46,664 nucleotides of DNA from a virus (Duplodnaviria; Caudoviricetes): positions 1-46,664 of IMG/VR virus record IMGVR_UViG_3300048855_000047, one strand, 5' to 3'. Of this stretch, positions 17,255 to 26,310 are shown in pieces (position 1 is the first letter of the stretch; each line of letters opens with the position of its first letter). Both the position numbers and the translations under genes were made by a program. A model generated the notes under the pieces. It was given only the letters and a program-made list of their open reading frames with translations, had not been told where the DNA came from and did no database searches.

Positions 17255-20254
17255 GTGCCCCGCGTCTGGTACCCCGCGCACCCGGTGGCCGATCCGGCCA
17301 CGCTGCTCCCGCTCGCCGGTGTGCGCGGGGTGGCCGGGCTGGTCGTCCAGAAGGACACCAACACCCCGGTGACCCTGACGGACTCCAACGGCAACCCCGT
17401 GCCCAACCCCGTGCAGGTCACCGAACTCGGCGTGATGCCCGGGTTCTGGGTGGAGGAGGGGTTCACGCACGTGCAGTGGGTGTCCGGGACGTGGCGCCTG
17501 GACATGCGGTCCGCCGACGGCCTGGAACTCTCGGCCGTCCAGGCGGCCGCGAGTGCGGCGCTGGCCGCCGAGGCCGCCGAGGCCGCCCGCAACGAGGCGC
17601 AGACCCTCGTGGGGGTGATCCCCGACGGCGGGACCGTGGGTCAGGTGCTGACCGTCGCCCAGGAGACCCCCGAGCGCGTCCTGGAGTTCCGCACCCCCTC
17701 CAGCAGCGGCGGCGGCACGGGCGGAGCCGTGGAGTCCGTCGCCGGGCGAACCGGTGTCGTCACCCTGGTGAAGGCCGACGTGGGCCTGTCGAACGTGGAC
17801 AACACGTCCGACGCGAACAAGCCCGTATCGGGCCCGCAGGCCGCCGCGCTGGCCCCGAAGGCCCACACGCACCAGATCGGCGACGTGACCGAACTGACGG
17901 CCACCCTGGCGTCCAAGCGCGGCATGAACGACGCCGTGGACGCGTCGCTGCTCACCGGCACCGTCGCGCAGGCCCGGCTGGGCACCTCGGGTACGCGGGA
18001 CAGCACGACGTTCCTGCGCGGGGACGGCGCCTGGGCCATCCCCCCCGGTGGTGGCGGCGGCGGCGCCGACACCGTGGACACCCTCGGTGGCACGGGCACC
18101 GCCGGTCGCGCCGCGATGAAGGCCGAGACGAAGGCCGCTGGCCGCTCGGCGTTCGACGCGCAGGACGTGGCGTGGCGGCCCGCCATCGCCGACGTCGCGG
18201 GCACCGGCGCGGCCGGGCGATCCGTCATGGCGGCCGCCACCGGCGCCCTGGCCCGCGACGCCATCGGCGCGGCGGCCACCGTGCACACCCACACCGCCTC
18301 GCAGATCACGGACCTTGCCGATGCGGTCGAGCCGCTCATCGAGCCTGCCGTGGCGCAACTCGCCTCCGAGCTCGGCGACCAGGCTGTGGCCCGGACCGTG
18401 TACGGGTCGCACGACGGGGCGATCCTGCGGCCCTGGAACGTGTCCCCGGCCATCGGCGCGGAGTGGTGGAAGACCAGCAACTTCCACGGCTCGGGCCAGA
18501 CCGAGACGGTGGAGCCGTCGCTGACGGCCAACGGGCAGAACATCGAGTCCATCACCTACGTGAAGTTGGACACCGCGAACAACGGCGGCCTGAACCCGTG
18601 GCGCCTGGAGTTCGACTTCGAAGCGCCCGCGTCGGGCTGGGCCAGTATCCACCTGTCCCTGCGGACCGCCGGGCAGGCCATCATCGGCGCCGAGCAGTAC
18701 GTGGTGACGCACGAGTCCCCGCGCCGCACGGGCCACGTCGTGGTGGATTTCCAGGTCCCCGAGTTCAACGGCAACTTCGTGTACCTGAAGGTGCACCTGG
18801 AACTCAAGAACAACGTCACGGCCGGCCAGATTCTGGCCATGCGGAACGCGTCCCTGCGGGCCACCCCGCGCGTGGTCCCGCCGCTGCTCGTGGCCTACGG
18901 GTTCGCGCCCGGGGCGCCCACCGTGTGGATGCGGCACACGAACGCGCGCGGCGTGCGCAAGACCACCAAGACCCTGCTCAACGGCGGCGGCATCGCCTCC
19001 ACCCTCGGGTTCAACACGTGGACCCCGTGGCGGTGGTCCCTGCCGGAGCCGTCGTTCCTGGACGCCACCGGCGCCTGGGACGCCAAGGTCGGGTCCGATG
19101 AGGTGAAGGTGGGTCTGGCGTCCACGGACCTGGACATCGGGAACAACGACCAGATTCTGTCGGTGCAGAAGAACGACCTGAGTTTCGAGCTCCGTGGGAA
19201 TGTTCACGGCGGCGAGACCTCCCAGGCCGGGAACCCCGTCTACAAGATCGATGAGGGGAAGGGCGCCGGGCTGGTCGTGTGGGACGCCACCGAGGCGTAC
19301 CTGCGTCCCTGCCGCCGGTATCAGGTGCAGTGGGACACCGCCCTGACCCGCACCGGCGACACCGAGCCGTTCGCGCTCGTGGACCACCTCACGACCGTGT
19401 TCGATGACGGGATGATGCGGACCGACCGGTCCACGACGTTCCCGAAGGCGGCGGTCATCGGCGACACGTTCGAATGGATGTCCTCGCACAAGGTCAGCCC
19501 GCTGTGGCTGGGCCGCATCGGCAAGGGCCAGACGGTCATCGCCGAGGCGGACACGCGCGGGCTCCTGGCGCCGCCCGCACAGCCGACGGCGACGGGCTCG
19601 ACCACGGGCGGCACCCTCCCGGCGCAAACCTGGAACTACTACACGACGTATGTCACGCCGTTCGGTGAGTCCACGGCCAGCCCGGTGCGCTCGGTGACCA
19701 CCACCGGGACGACGAGTTCCGTCACGGTCGGGTGGGCGCCCCTGCCGACGGGCGCGGCCGGGGTCCGCGTCTACCGCGCGCAGGGCTCGGGCGTGCCGTA
19801 CCTCGTGGCCACGGTCACCGGCGGGCTGTCCTACGTGGACACCGGCATCATGACGCAGCCCGCGACCCTGCCGACGGTCAACACGGCCCGGACCTCCACC
19901 CCCACCCGCCGCGAGGTCGGCGCCACGGACGCGACGTGGGCGGTCTGGTACGACCCGGAGTACGACCTGTGCTACGCGAACATCTTCGACCGGGACGCGC
20001 TGCTGTCCCGGGCAGGGGTGGCGCAGTCCATGACGCGGCTCCAGATGGTCCCCGGGTCCATCACGAAGGAGTACATCAACGCGGTGTGGACCGGGGAGAC
20101 GGGCACCATCGCGGTGGGCCCGAGCACCCCGGCGTGGGTCGCGACCCACTGGGGGTACGTCTACAGCCCGAACGACCCGGTGAACTACCACCGGGAGGTC
20201 GCGGACAAGGCGGCGAACCTCGGGGCGCTGAAGGCCATGTACCCGAACGACTGA
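17255..20254 (+). CDS. large tail fibre / receptor-binding-like protein (999 aa)
   Basis: SVAGRTGVVTLVKADVGLSNVDNTSD, HTHxxxxxTxL repeats, TFLRGDGAW, beta-rich domains and a C-terminal FnIII-like segment. Confidence 0.7.
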   Translation: MPRVWYPAHPVADPATLLPLAGVRGVAGLVVQKDTNTPVTLTDSNGNPVPNPVQVTELGVMPGFWVEEGFTHVQWVSGTWRLDMRSADGLELSAVQAAASAALAAEAAEAARNEAQTLVGVIPDGGTVGQVLTVAQETPERVLEFRTPSSSGGGTGGAVESVAGRTGVVTLVKADVGLSNVDNTSDANKPVSGPQAAALAPKAHTHQIGDVTELTATLASKRGMNDAVDASLLTGTVAQARLGTSGTRDSTTFLRGDGAWAIPPGGGGGGADTVDTLGGTGTAGRAAMKAETKAAGRSAFDAQDVAWRPAIADVAGTGAAGRSVMAAATGALARDAIGAAATVHTHTASQITDLADAVEPLIEPAVAQLASELGDQAVARTVYGSHDGAILRPWNVSPAIGAEWWKTSNFHGSGQTETVEPSLTANGQNIESITYVKLDTANNGGLNPWRLEFDFEAPASGWASIHLSLRTAGQAIIGAEQYVVTHESPRRTGHVVVDFQVPEFNGNFVYLKVHLELKNNVTAGQILAMRNASLRATPRVVPPLLVAYGFAPGAPTVWMRHTNARGVRKTTKTLLNGGGIASTLGFNTWTPWRWSLPEPSFLDATGAWDAKVGSDEVKVGLASTDLDIGNNDQILSVQKNDLSFELRGNVHGGETSQAGNPVYKIDEGKGAGLVVWDATEAYLRPCRRYQVQWDTALTRTGDTEPFALVDHLTTVFDDGMMRTDRSTTFPKAAVIGDTFEWMSSHKVSPLWLGRIGKGQTVIAEADTRGLLAPPAQPTATGSTTGGTLPAQTWNYYTTYVTPFGESTASPVRSVTTTGTTSSVTVGWAPLPTGAAGVRVYRAQGSGVPYLVATVTGGLSYVDTGIMTQPATLPTVNTARTSTPTRREVGATDATWAVWYDPEYDLCYANIFDRDALLSRAGVAQSMTRLQMVPGSITKEYINAVWTGETGTIAVGPSTPAWVATHWGYVYSPNDPVNYHREVADKAANLGALKAMYPND

Positions 20255-20266
20255 CGGGGTGCCCGC

Positions 20267-20311
20267 GAGGGGCGGGGCTGACGGGGGTTCACCCTGTTGG
20301 CCCCGCCCCTC
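20267..20311 (+). terminator. stem-loop ending the structural/lysis region
   Basis: gaggggcggggctgacggg / cctgttggccccgcccctc. Confidence 0.75.
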
Positions 20312-20313
20312 TG

Positions 20314-20343
20314 TTGTACCAACCCTAGCGGTGGTGCTACGGT
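20314..20343 (+). promoter_or_regulatory. palindrome-containing promoter P3 (leaderless start at 20350)
   Basis: TTGTAC-18 nt-TACGGT-6 nt-ATG. Confidence 0.7.
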
Positions 20344-20349
20344 TCGGAC

Positions 20350-20541
20350 ATGCCCACGAACCGTACCGCCCTGCTCCGTCGTCGTCGCCGCATCAGCGAC
20401 ACCGCCGGGATGCTGGCCCTGGCTGGCATCTTCGTCACCTGGGCGCTCGCGCCCCGCTGGCAGGCCGTCGCGGCCCTCGTGGTCACCGGGCTGTGCGTCT
20501 ACACGTGCAACCTGTTCGATGACGACACCCCGGGCTCCTGA
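20350..20541 (+). CDS. small 2-TM membrane protein
   Basis: Poly-Arg N-terminus then two hydrophobic helices; ATG at the predicted +1. Confidence 0.7.
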   Translation: MPTNRTALLRRRRRISDTAGMLALAGIFVTWALAPRWQAVAALVVTGLCVYTCNLFDDDTPGS

Positions 20542-20569
20542 CGCCCCCGCTCCCCGAGAGGCTCCCTTC

Positions 20570-21715
20570 ATGTTCCGTCGCATCACCGTGGCCCTGGTGG
20601 CCACTGCCATCCTGGCGCTCGGCGGCACCGCCGCCCACGCCACCGACGCGCCCCCGCCGGGTCAGTGCGTGCCCACCGAGGGCTCCGAGGCCGTCCCCGC
20701 CCAGTACGCCGTGGAGGCGCAGTTCCTGCGCACCGTGGCCGTCCCGGCCATCGGCGAGCCGACCGTCCCGAACCCGCTGTACGTCGCCCCGCAGGCTGAG
20801 GTGCCCGCCACCTACGCCACGGAGTACCAGTTCGTGCACTTCCTGGACGTGCTGCGGCTGGCCCCCAGGTGGCACGAGGACCCGAAGTGGAACCCCGGCA
20901 AGGGGTGGGTCGCCACCGGCCTGACGCGCTCCGGTCCCGGCGTCACCCGCGAGGTGTCCCCGTACACTCCGCCGGTCCAGGAGCAGGGCACCCCGACCAT
21001 CCGGAACCTGGACTACCAGCCGCCGACGACCCGCACCGAGGAAGCGTGGGTGGAGACGCCCGGCGCCCCCGAGGGCGAGGGGTGGGCCGCCAGCGGCCTG
21101 ACCCGCTCCGGTGAGGGCATCACGCGGCAGACCGCCGCTCCGGTCGCGCCCGTGGAGGCCAACGACTGCACGACGGCCACCGTCCAGTGGCTCACCCCCG
21201 AGGGGTCCACCGAGGGCAACGTCGGCTGGCCTCAGCCCCGTTGGGACGGCCAGTGCACCGAGGGCACGTCCCGCCTCGTCCAGGAGGACGACTACCGCAC
21301 CGGCACGGCGGCCGAGAGGGCCACGTACGACTCCCTCGGTGACGTGCTGGAGCAAGGCGAGGACTCGGCCATCTACATCACGCACCGGTGGCTGTGGACC
21401 GAGGTCTGCCCGGTCGTGACCCCGGAGGACCCCGAGCCGCAGGAGCCGCCCGTGGTGGCCCCTCCGGCCGTGAAGCCGCCGACGCAGGACCCGCCCGTGG
21501 TGGTGACGCCGCCGGTCGTGGCTGACCCCATCGCCCTGGACGTGACCGTCGCACTGCCCGAGCAGGACGAGCTCGACGCGCGCGACGACTACACGCCGGG
21601 CCCGGAGCCGGTGCTCGCGGAGACCGGCGCGGGGGACTACCTGGCCTTGGCCGGCCTGGGCGCGTTGTTCCTCGTGGGTGTCGGGATGCTGCTCCGGCGG
21701 GTGTCCCGCTCCTGA
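20570..21715 (+). CDS. secreted cell-wall-anchored protein with LAxTG sortase signal (381 aa)
   Basis: Signal peptide MFRRITVALVATAILALGGTAAHA; Pro-rich linker; LAETG + hydrophobic helix + RRVSRS. Confidence 0.85.
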   Translation: MFRRITVALVATAILALGGTAAHATDAPPPGQCVPTEGSEAVPAQYAVEAQFLRTVAVPAIGEPTVPNPLYVAPQAEVPATYATEYQFVHFLDVLRLAPRWHEDPKWNPGKGWVATGLTRSGPGVTREVSPYTPPVQEQGTPTIRNLDYQPPTTRTEEAWVETPGAPEGEGWAASGLTRSGEGITRQTAAPVAPVEANDCTTATVQWLTPEGSTEGNVGWPQPRWDGQCTEGTSRLVQEDDYRTGTAAERATYDSLGDVLEQGEDSAIYITHRWLWTEVCPVVTPEDPEPQEPPVVAPPAVKPPTQDPPVVVTPPVVADPIALDVTVALPEQDELDARDDYTPGPEPVLAETGAGDYLALAGLGALFLVGVGMLLRRVSRS

Positions 21716-21725
21716 CCTCCACCGC

Positions 21726-21769
21726 GCTATGGCCCTGGTGTAGCACTAGTGCTATGCTGGGGCCATAGC
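21726..21769 (+). promoter_or_regulatory. promoter P4 inside a 44-bp inverted repeat
   Basis: gctatggccc..TAGCACTAGTGCTA..gggccatagc; -10 TATGCT at 21753-21758. Confidence 0.65.
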
Positions 21770-21796
21770 CGTTCCCGCCCACGACTGGAGTTCCCG

Positions 21797-22150
21797 ATGC
21801 ACGACATCTCCGCCGCCGCCCGGCTGTCCCTCCTGCGCCGCGTCGCGCGGTGGCTCAACGCCGAGCGCGACCGCTGCCACGACGACCACCCCGACATGGC
21901 GGGCGGTCACGAGGCGCAGCGGCTGGCCCACGCCGAGGCGTTCCTCTACAGCCACGGCGTGCCGATCCCGACGCACGTCCTGGACGAGTACGCCACCTCG
22001 TGGCAGGCCGCCGACCGGCTCGCCGACGGGTCGCTCGACATCGCCACGCACCTCGGCGGCGAGCCGATGTCGGACCGGTGGCTCGTCCGCGAGCACGAGG
22101 AGGACCGCCTCCGTGCCGCCGTCCGATGGATCGAGCAGCGGTTCGCCTGA
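21797..22150 (+). CDS. hypothetical protein
   Basis: GGAG RBS before ATG 21797; coding-like GC3. Confidence 0.7.
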   Translation: MHDISAAARLSLLRRVARWLNAERDRCHDDHPDMAGGHEAQRLAHAEAFLYSHGVPIPTHVLDEYATSWQAADRLADGSLDIATHLGGEPMSDRWLVREHEEDRLRAAVRWIEQRFA

Positions 22151-22206
22151 GCGTCACACCCCGCCCGTAGCATCACCAGCACGACCCCGCCCCAAGGAGA
22201 ACCCAC

Positions 22207-24030
22207 ATGCCCACCCCCGCCCGCGAGTTCACGCCCCGCCCCCTGACCGGGCTGCCGTCCTGGCCGGTCCTGCTGGAGGCCGGGGTCCCGAAGTCCGGCA
22301 AGACCTACGCCGCCGTGGAGGCCAGCGCCTCCGACCTCATCGGCCGCACGTTCCTCGTCACCCTCGGCGAGACCGAGCCGGACGAGTACGGGCTGATCCC
22401 CGGCCAGCGCGTGGAACTCATCCCGCACGACGGCGGCTACCGCGACGTGCTCGACGCCCTCACGTGGGCCGCCGCGCAGCCATGGCCCGACCCCGACCAC
22501 CCCAACCTGCTGATCTTCGACGGCGCCACCCGCCTGTGGGACCTCCTGACCGACATGGCCCAGGAGGGCACCTATGCGGCGCTGCGGGCCAAGAACTCGC
22601 GCAAGGGCGCCAACACCGCCCCGATGTCCGACGAGCAGAAGATCACGCCCGACCAGTGGAACATCGCCGCGTCCCGCTGGGGCAACGTGATGTCCGTCCT
22701 GCTGAACGACCACCAGGGGCCCAGCATCATCACCGCCCGGCTGGACCTCGTGATGGTCATGGACGCGAACGGCAACCCGACCAAGGAGAAGGCCTGGAAG
22801 GTCCAGGCGCACAAGTCCCTGGTGTTCGACGTAGACGGCATCATCGAACTGCGCGAGCAGGCCATCCCCGGGCAGCCCGCCCCGGCCACCCTGCGCGGCC
22901 TGAAGTCGCTGCGGTTCAAGGGTGAGGCGCAGGACTTCCCCGACGGCCTGCCCATCGACCAGGTGTGGCGCAGCATGGGCCTGCACGAGGGGTTCGGCAC
23001 CCGCGACCACCGCACGCCCGACACCCTGCGGTCCATGGGGCTGGAGGTCGCGAACGACGCGCGCCGCCAGCAGGATCAGGCCGCCGAGGCCCCGCAGGAG
23101 CGTCCCGCCGCCGCGCCGCAGCAGCGCGAGGCGGCCCGGCCCGCCGCTGCGCCCGGCCAGCCCCCGACGCCCACGCGAGCCGCGCAGTCCCTCGCGGACC
23201 GGTGGGAGGGGGCGCAGACCGAGGAAGCCCTGGCCCGCATGTGGCTCGGCGCCGAGCTCTGGATCATGGGCGGAACCGACGGCAGTGGCAAGACCTGGCC
23301 GCCCATGCCCTGGGCCGGGCAGTACGGCAACCTGGAGGCGTTCGCGCACCAGCAGGGCGTGACCTGGCGCGGTCGCCACACCCGCCTCCTGGAGGTGTTC
23401 CAGGGGCGGCGGTTCGAACTGGCGAACATCCCGCCGGAGGGTGACGGCGGGACCCGACCGCAGGAGCCGCAGGAGCCCCGTGGGGACGACGGGGGGCCGT
23501 CCGCGTCCTCCGGTGCCCCCGAGTCGCCGGAGCCGCCGCAGGACGACGCTCCCCCGCCGTGGGGCCCGGACCCGCGCGACGCCGACGTGCCCCCGTACGA
23601 CACGTCGGACCCGTGGGCCACCCCGCAGCACCCGGGCACGGCCGATGAGGCCATGGGCGAGGCGTTCGCGCCGCCCGCCACGCACGAGCAGGCCGTGGCG
23701 ACCGTCCGTGCCGCCTTCCCCGAGGCTGAGCCGGTGGACTCCACCGCCGACCCCGAGACCCCGGCGCAGCGCGTCGCCCGCGAGCACGCCGACGACCTGG
23801 CCGTGAAGCGGGCACAGCGCGAGGAAGCCGCCAAGGAAGCGGCCGAGGACCAGCGCGGCGCCGTCGGCGGGCAGCCCGGCAAGACCCCGCCGCCCGCCAA
23901 GGGCGAGGGGTACGCCGCGTTCCAGAAGGCCAAGGCGGAGGCCGCCGAGGCCGCCGCACGCATCGCAGCCGAGGATCACTCGGCCTCCGCCGGCAAGGTG
24001 TCGGCGAACACGAAGGGACGGACCAAGTGA
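22207..24030 (+). CDS. AAA/RecA-like ATPase (Sak4-like recombination protein) with long C-terminal extension
   Basis: Walker A GVPKSGKT, Walker B LLIFDG; adjacent to SSB. Confidence 0.7.
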   Translation: MPTPAREFTPRPLTGLPSWPVLLEAGVPKSGKTYAAVEASASDLIGRTFLVTLGETEPDEYGLIPGQRVELIPHDGGYRDVLDALTWAAAQPWPDPDHPNLLIFDGATRLWDLLTDMAQEGTYAALRAKNSRKGANTAPMSDEQKITPDQWNIAASRWGNVMSVLLNDHQGPSIITARLDLVMVMDANGNPTKEKAWKVQAHKSLVFDVDGIIELREQAIPGQPAPATLRGLKSLRFKGEAQDFPDGLPIDQVWRSMGLHEGFGTRDHRTPDTLRSMGLEVANDARRQQDQAAEAPQERPAAAPQQREAARPAAAPGQPPTPTRAAQSLADRWEGAQTEEALARMWLGAELWIMGGTDGSGKTWPPMPWAGQYGNLEAFAHQQGVTWRGRHTRLLEVFQGRRFELANIPPEGDGGTRPQEPQEPRGDDGGPSASSGAPESPEPPQDDAPPPWGPDPRDADVPPYDTSDPWATPQHPGTADEAMGEAFAPPATHEQAVATVRAAFPEAEPVDSTADPETPAQRVAREHADDLAVKRAQREEAAKEAAEDQRGAVGGQPGKTPPPAKGEGYAAFQKAKAEAAEAAARIAAEDHSASAGKVSANTKGRTK

Positions 24031-24527
24031 GCGGAGAGACCACCATCACGGTGGTGGGGAACCTGACGGCAGACCCGGAGTTGCGGTTCACGCCGTCGGG
24101 CGCGGCCGTGGCCAACTTCACGGTGGCCAGCACCCCACGTGCCTACGACAAGGCGACGAACGAGTGGAAGGACCAGGACACGCTGTTCCTGCGCTGCTCG
24201 ATCTGGCGGGAGGCGGCGGAGAACGTCGCCGAGTCGCTCACCAAGGGCACCCGCGTGATCGTCACGGGGCGGCTCGTCCAGCGGTCCTACGAGACCCGCG
24301 AGGGCGAGAAGCGCACCGTGTACGAACTCCAGGTGGACGAGGTGGGCCCGTCGCTGAAGTACGCCAGCGCCAAGGTCACCCGCACGACGAGCGGCGGCGG
24401 CAACCGCCAGTCGTTCGGCAGCAGCAGCGGTGGTGGCTTCACCGGCGGCCCGGCCGCCACCGACGACGCGTGGGCGACGCCCGCCGGTGGCGGTGCGGGG
24501 TCCTACTCCGACGAGCCGCCGTTCTGA
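24027..24527 (+). CDS. ssb: single-stranded DNA-binding protein
   Basis: [32 protein letters not shown]...DEPPF, typical actinobacterial SSB. Confidence 0.96.
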   Translation: MSGETTITVVGNLTADPELRFTPSGAAVANFTVASTPRAYDKATNEWKDQDTLFLRCSIWREAAENVAESLTKGTRVIVTGRLVQRSYETREGEKRTVYELQVDEVGPSLKYASAKVTRTTSGGGNRQSFGSSSGGGFTGGPAATDDAWATPAGGGAGSYSDEPPF

Positions 24528-24546
24528 CCTGCGGCTAGCCTGGCCC

Positions 24547-24579
24547 GAGGGGCACCCGGTGAGATACCGGGTGCCCCTC
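24547..24579 (+). terminator. 14-bp perfect stem-loop
   Basis: gaggggcacccggt-gagat-accgggtgcccctc. Confidence 0.75.
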
Positions 24580-24580
24580 A

Positions 24581-24610
24581 GTGTGTTACCCCTAGCGCCT
24601 GTGCTACGGT
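24581..24610 (+). promoter_or_regulatory. palindrome-containing promoter P5
   Basis: GTGTGT-18 nt-TACGGT; AGCGCCTGTGCT. Confidence 0.65.
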
Positions 24611-24660
24611 GTGGACATCCGGGGGACCCGCCCCCGCACACCCGCCCAAGGAGCACGACC

Positions 24661-25194
24661 ATGACCAACCCCGAGTCCCCCGGCCGAACGCCGGTGGAGC
24701 AGGCCGCCGAGGAGGTGGCCGCCCTGACCGCCCTGAAGGCTGGCCTGGACGACCAGATCGCCGCCGCCAAGCGCCGGATGATCGACGCCGCAGCTGGCAT
24801 GACGAAGGCCACCGTCGCCACCCCCTACGGCCGGGTGCTGGTCACCCGCTCCGAGGAGCACGTGGAGTACATCCCGGACCGGTTCCTGGAGTGGGTCAAG
24901 GAGCACCACCCCACGGAGGTCATCACCACGGAGTCCGTCAACCCGGCGTTCGCCCGGGCCATGCTGGAGAACCTCACCATCGTGCGCGGCGAGGTCGTGG
25001 ACAAGCGCAGCGGCGAGTTCGTCGCCTACGCCTACCTCACGGACCAGGGCGACCCCTACGTGGCGTATCCCGCCAGCCGCGAGCAGCGCGACGCCAAGGA
25101 GTACGCCCGCATGCTGTTCCAGGACCGGGCGCTCGCCCTGACCAAGGCCCTGCACGAGGTCGCCGCGCTCCCGTCCACGGAGGAGGCGTCATGA
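24661..25194 (+). CDS. hypothetical protein
   Basis: AAGGAG RBS; N-terminal helix then FLEWVKEHHP...VVDKRSGE. Confidence 0.75.
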   Translation: MTNPESPGRTPVEQAAEEVAALTALKAGLDDQIAAAKRRMIDAAAGMTKATVATPYGRVLVTRSEEHVEYIPDRFLEWVKEHHPTEVITTESVNPAFARAMLENLTIVRGEVVDKRSGEFVAYAYLTDQGDPYVAYPASREQRDAKEYARMLFQDRALALTKALHEVAALPSTEEAS

Positions 25195-25814
25195 GCGGGC
25201 GTCGCGACCGCCGGTCCCTGCTCGCCAAGGCGGTGGCGCGGACCGCTGGCACCCCCAGCCTGCCGCTCGCACCCCCGCCGCCGGAGCCCGAGCACGACCG
25301 GGTGCGTCTCCTGGACCTGGCCGAGCGGCTCCAGGCGCTGCGCGACGGCGGATGGGCCCCCTCCGACCTCACGACCACCGAGGTGGACCTCCTGGTGGCG
25401 CTGACCCGGGCGGGAGCCGTCCACGGCTGGCCGGTCGGTGCGGCCGACCGGCTGGGGCAGGCCACCGAGCACGTCCCGACTGCCCGCAGCACCGACCCGA
25501 GCACGTCCCGGGCGGACCTGCGGCGCCCGACGACGCGCAACCAGGAGGGCCGTCTGCTCGTGGCGTTCCTGGACGACCCCGACGGCCTCACGTCGGAGGA
25601 GGCCGCACACCGCGCCGGGCTGGACCCGCGCTCCGAGTTCGCCAAGCGGTGCTCGGTGCTCCAGTCCTCGGGTCTGCTGCGCGTGGCGACCGACGACCAG
25701 GGCCGCGAGCTAACCCGGCCGGGGCGATCCGGGCGCCAGCGGCTGGTGTTCACCCTGACCGCCCCCGGTCGGCTCCTGGCGCGGCACCTGCGGGCCGAGG
25801 GCACCACGGCCTGA
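25191..25814 (+). CDS. winged HTH DNA-binding protein
   Basis: ARSTDPSTS motif, then GLTSEEAA...KRCSVLQSSGLL...RPGRSGRQRLVF. Confidence 0.65.
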   Translation: MSGRRDRRSLLAKAVARTAGTPSLPLAPPPPEPEHDRVRLLDLAERLQALRDGGWAPSDLTTTEVDLLVALTRAGAVHGWPVGAADRLGQATEHVPTARSTDPSTSRADLRRPTTRNQEGRLLVAFLDDPDGLTSEEAAHRAGLDPRSEFAKRCSVLQSSGLLRVATDDQGRELTRPGRSGRQRLVFTLTAPGRLLARHLRAEGTTA

Positions 25815-25840
25815 CCCCCGCGCCACCCCCCAGGCACGAC

Positions 25841-25873
25841 AGAGGGCCCCCACCTACATGGTGGGGGCCCTCT
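25841..25873 (+). terminator. 14-bp perfect stem-loop
   Basis: agagggcccccacc-tacat-ggtgggggccctct. Confidence 0.75.
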
Positions 25874-25973
25874 CGCCCGTCCGCAGTCCCCCGCCCAGGG
25901 TCCCAACGTGACAGTGCACAGCATACGGCAGCGGCCCACGAGGCGGCGACGGCGCGCGGGTGAACCACCAGGC

Positions 25974-26003
25974 TTGTGCATACCCCAGCACAGGTGCTAC
26001 GGT
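25974..26003 (+). promoter_or_regulatory. palindrome-containing promoter P6
   Basis: TTGTGC-18 nt-TACGGT; AGCACAGGTGCT. Confidence 0.75.
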
Positions 26004-26049
26004 GAGGACATGCCTCACAAGGGGGCACCGGAACTGGAGGATCACCACC

Positions 26050-26310
26050 ATGAGCACCACGAAGCCGGCCGTCAGCGTTCAGACCGAGCAGGGTCTCGTG
26101 ACCGCCACTGCCCTCGGCAACTCCGGCTCCGGCCACTACGCGCTGGCCGTGGACGGCGTGCGCGTCGGCGCCCTCATCCGCACCGGCCGCCAGCGCTACC
26201 TGACGCGCCAGGACAACGCCCCCCGCATGCTGATCGCAGGCACCTACAGCGGGTTGCTGGAGCGGGCAGCCGTGGAGGTCGCGCTCGCCAGCCTCTCGTG
26301 GAAGCACTGA
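26050..26310 (+). CDS. hypothetical protein (86 aa)
   Basis: GGAGG RBS before ATG 26050. Confidence 0.7.
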   Translation: MSTTKPAVSVQTEQGLVTATALGNSGSGHYALAVDGVRVGALIRTGRQRYLTRQDNAPRMLIAGTYSGLLERAAVEVALASLSWKH

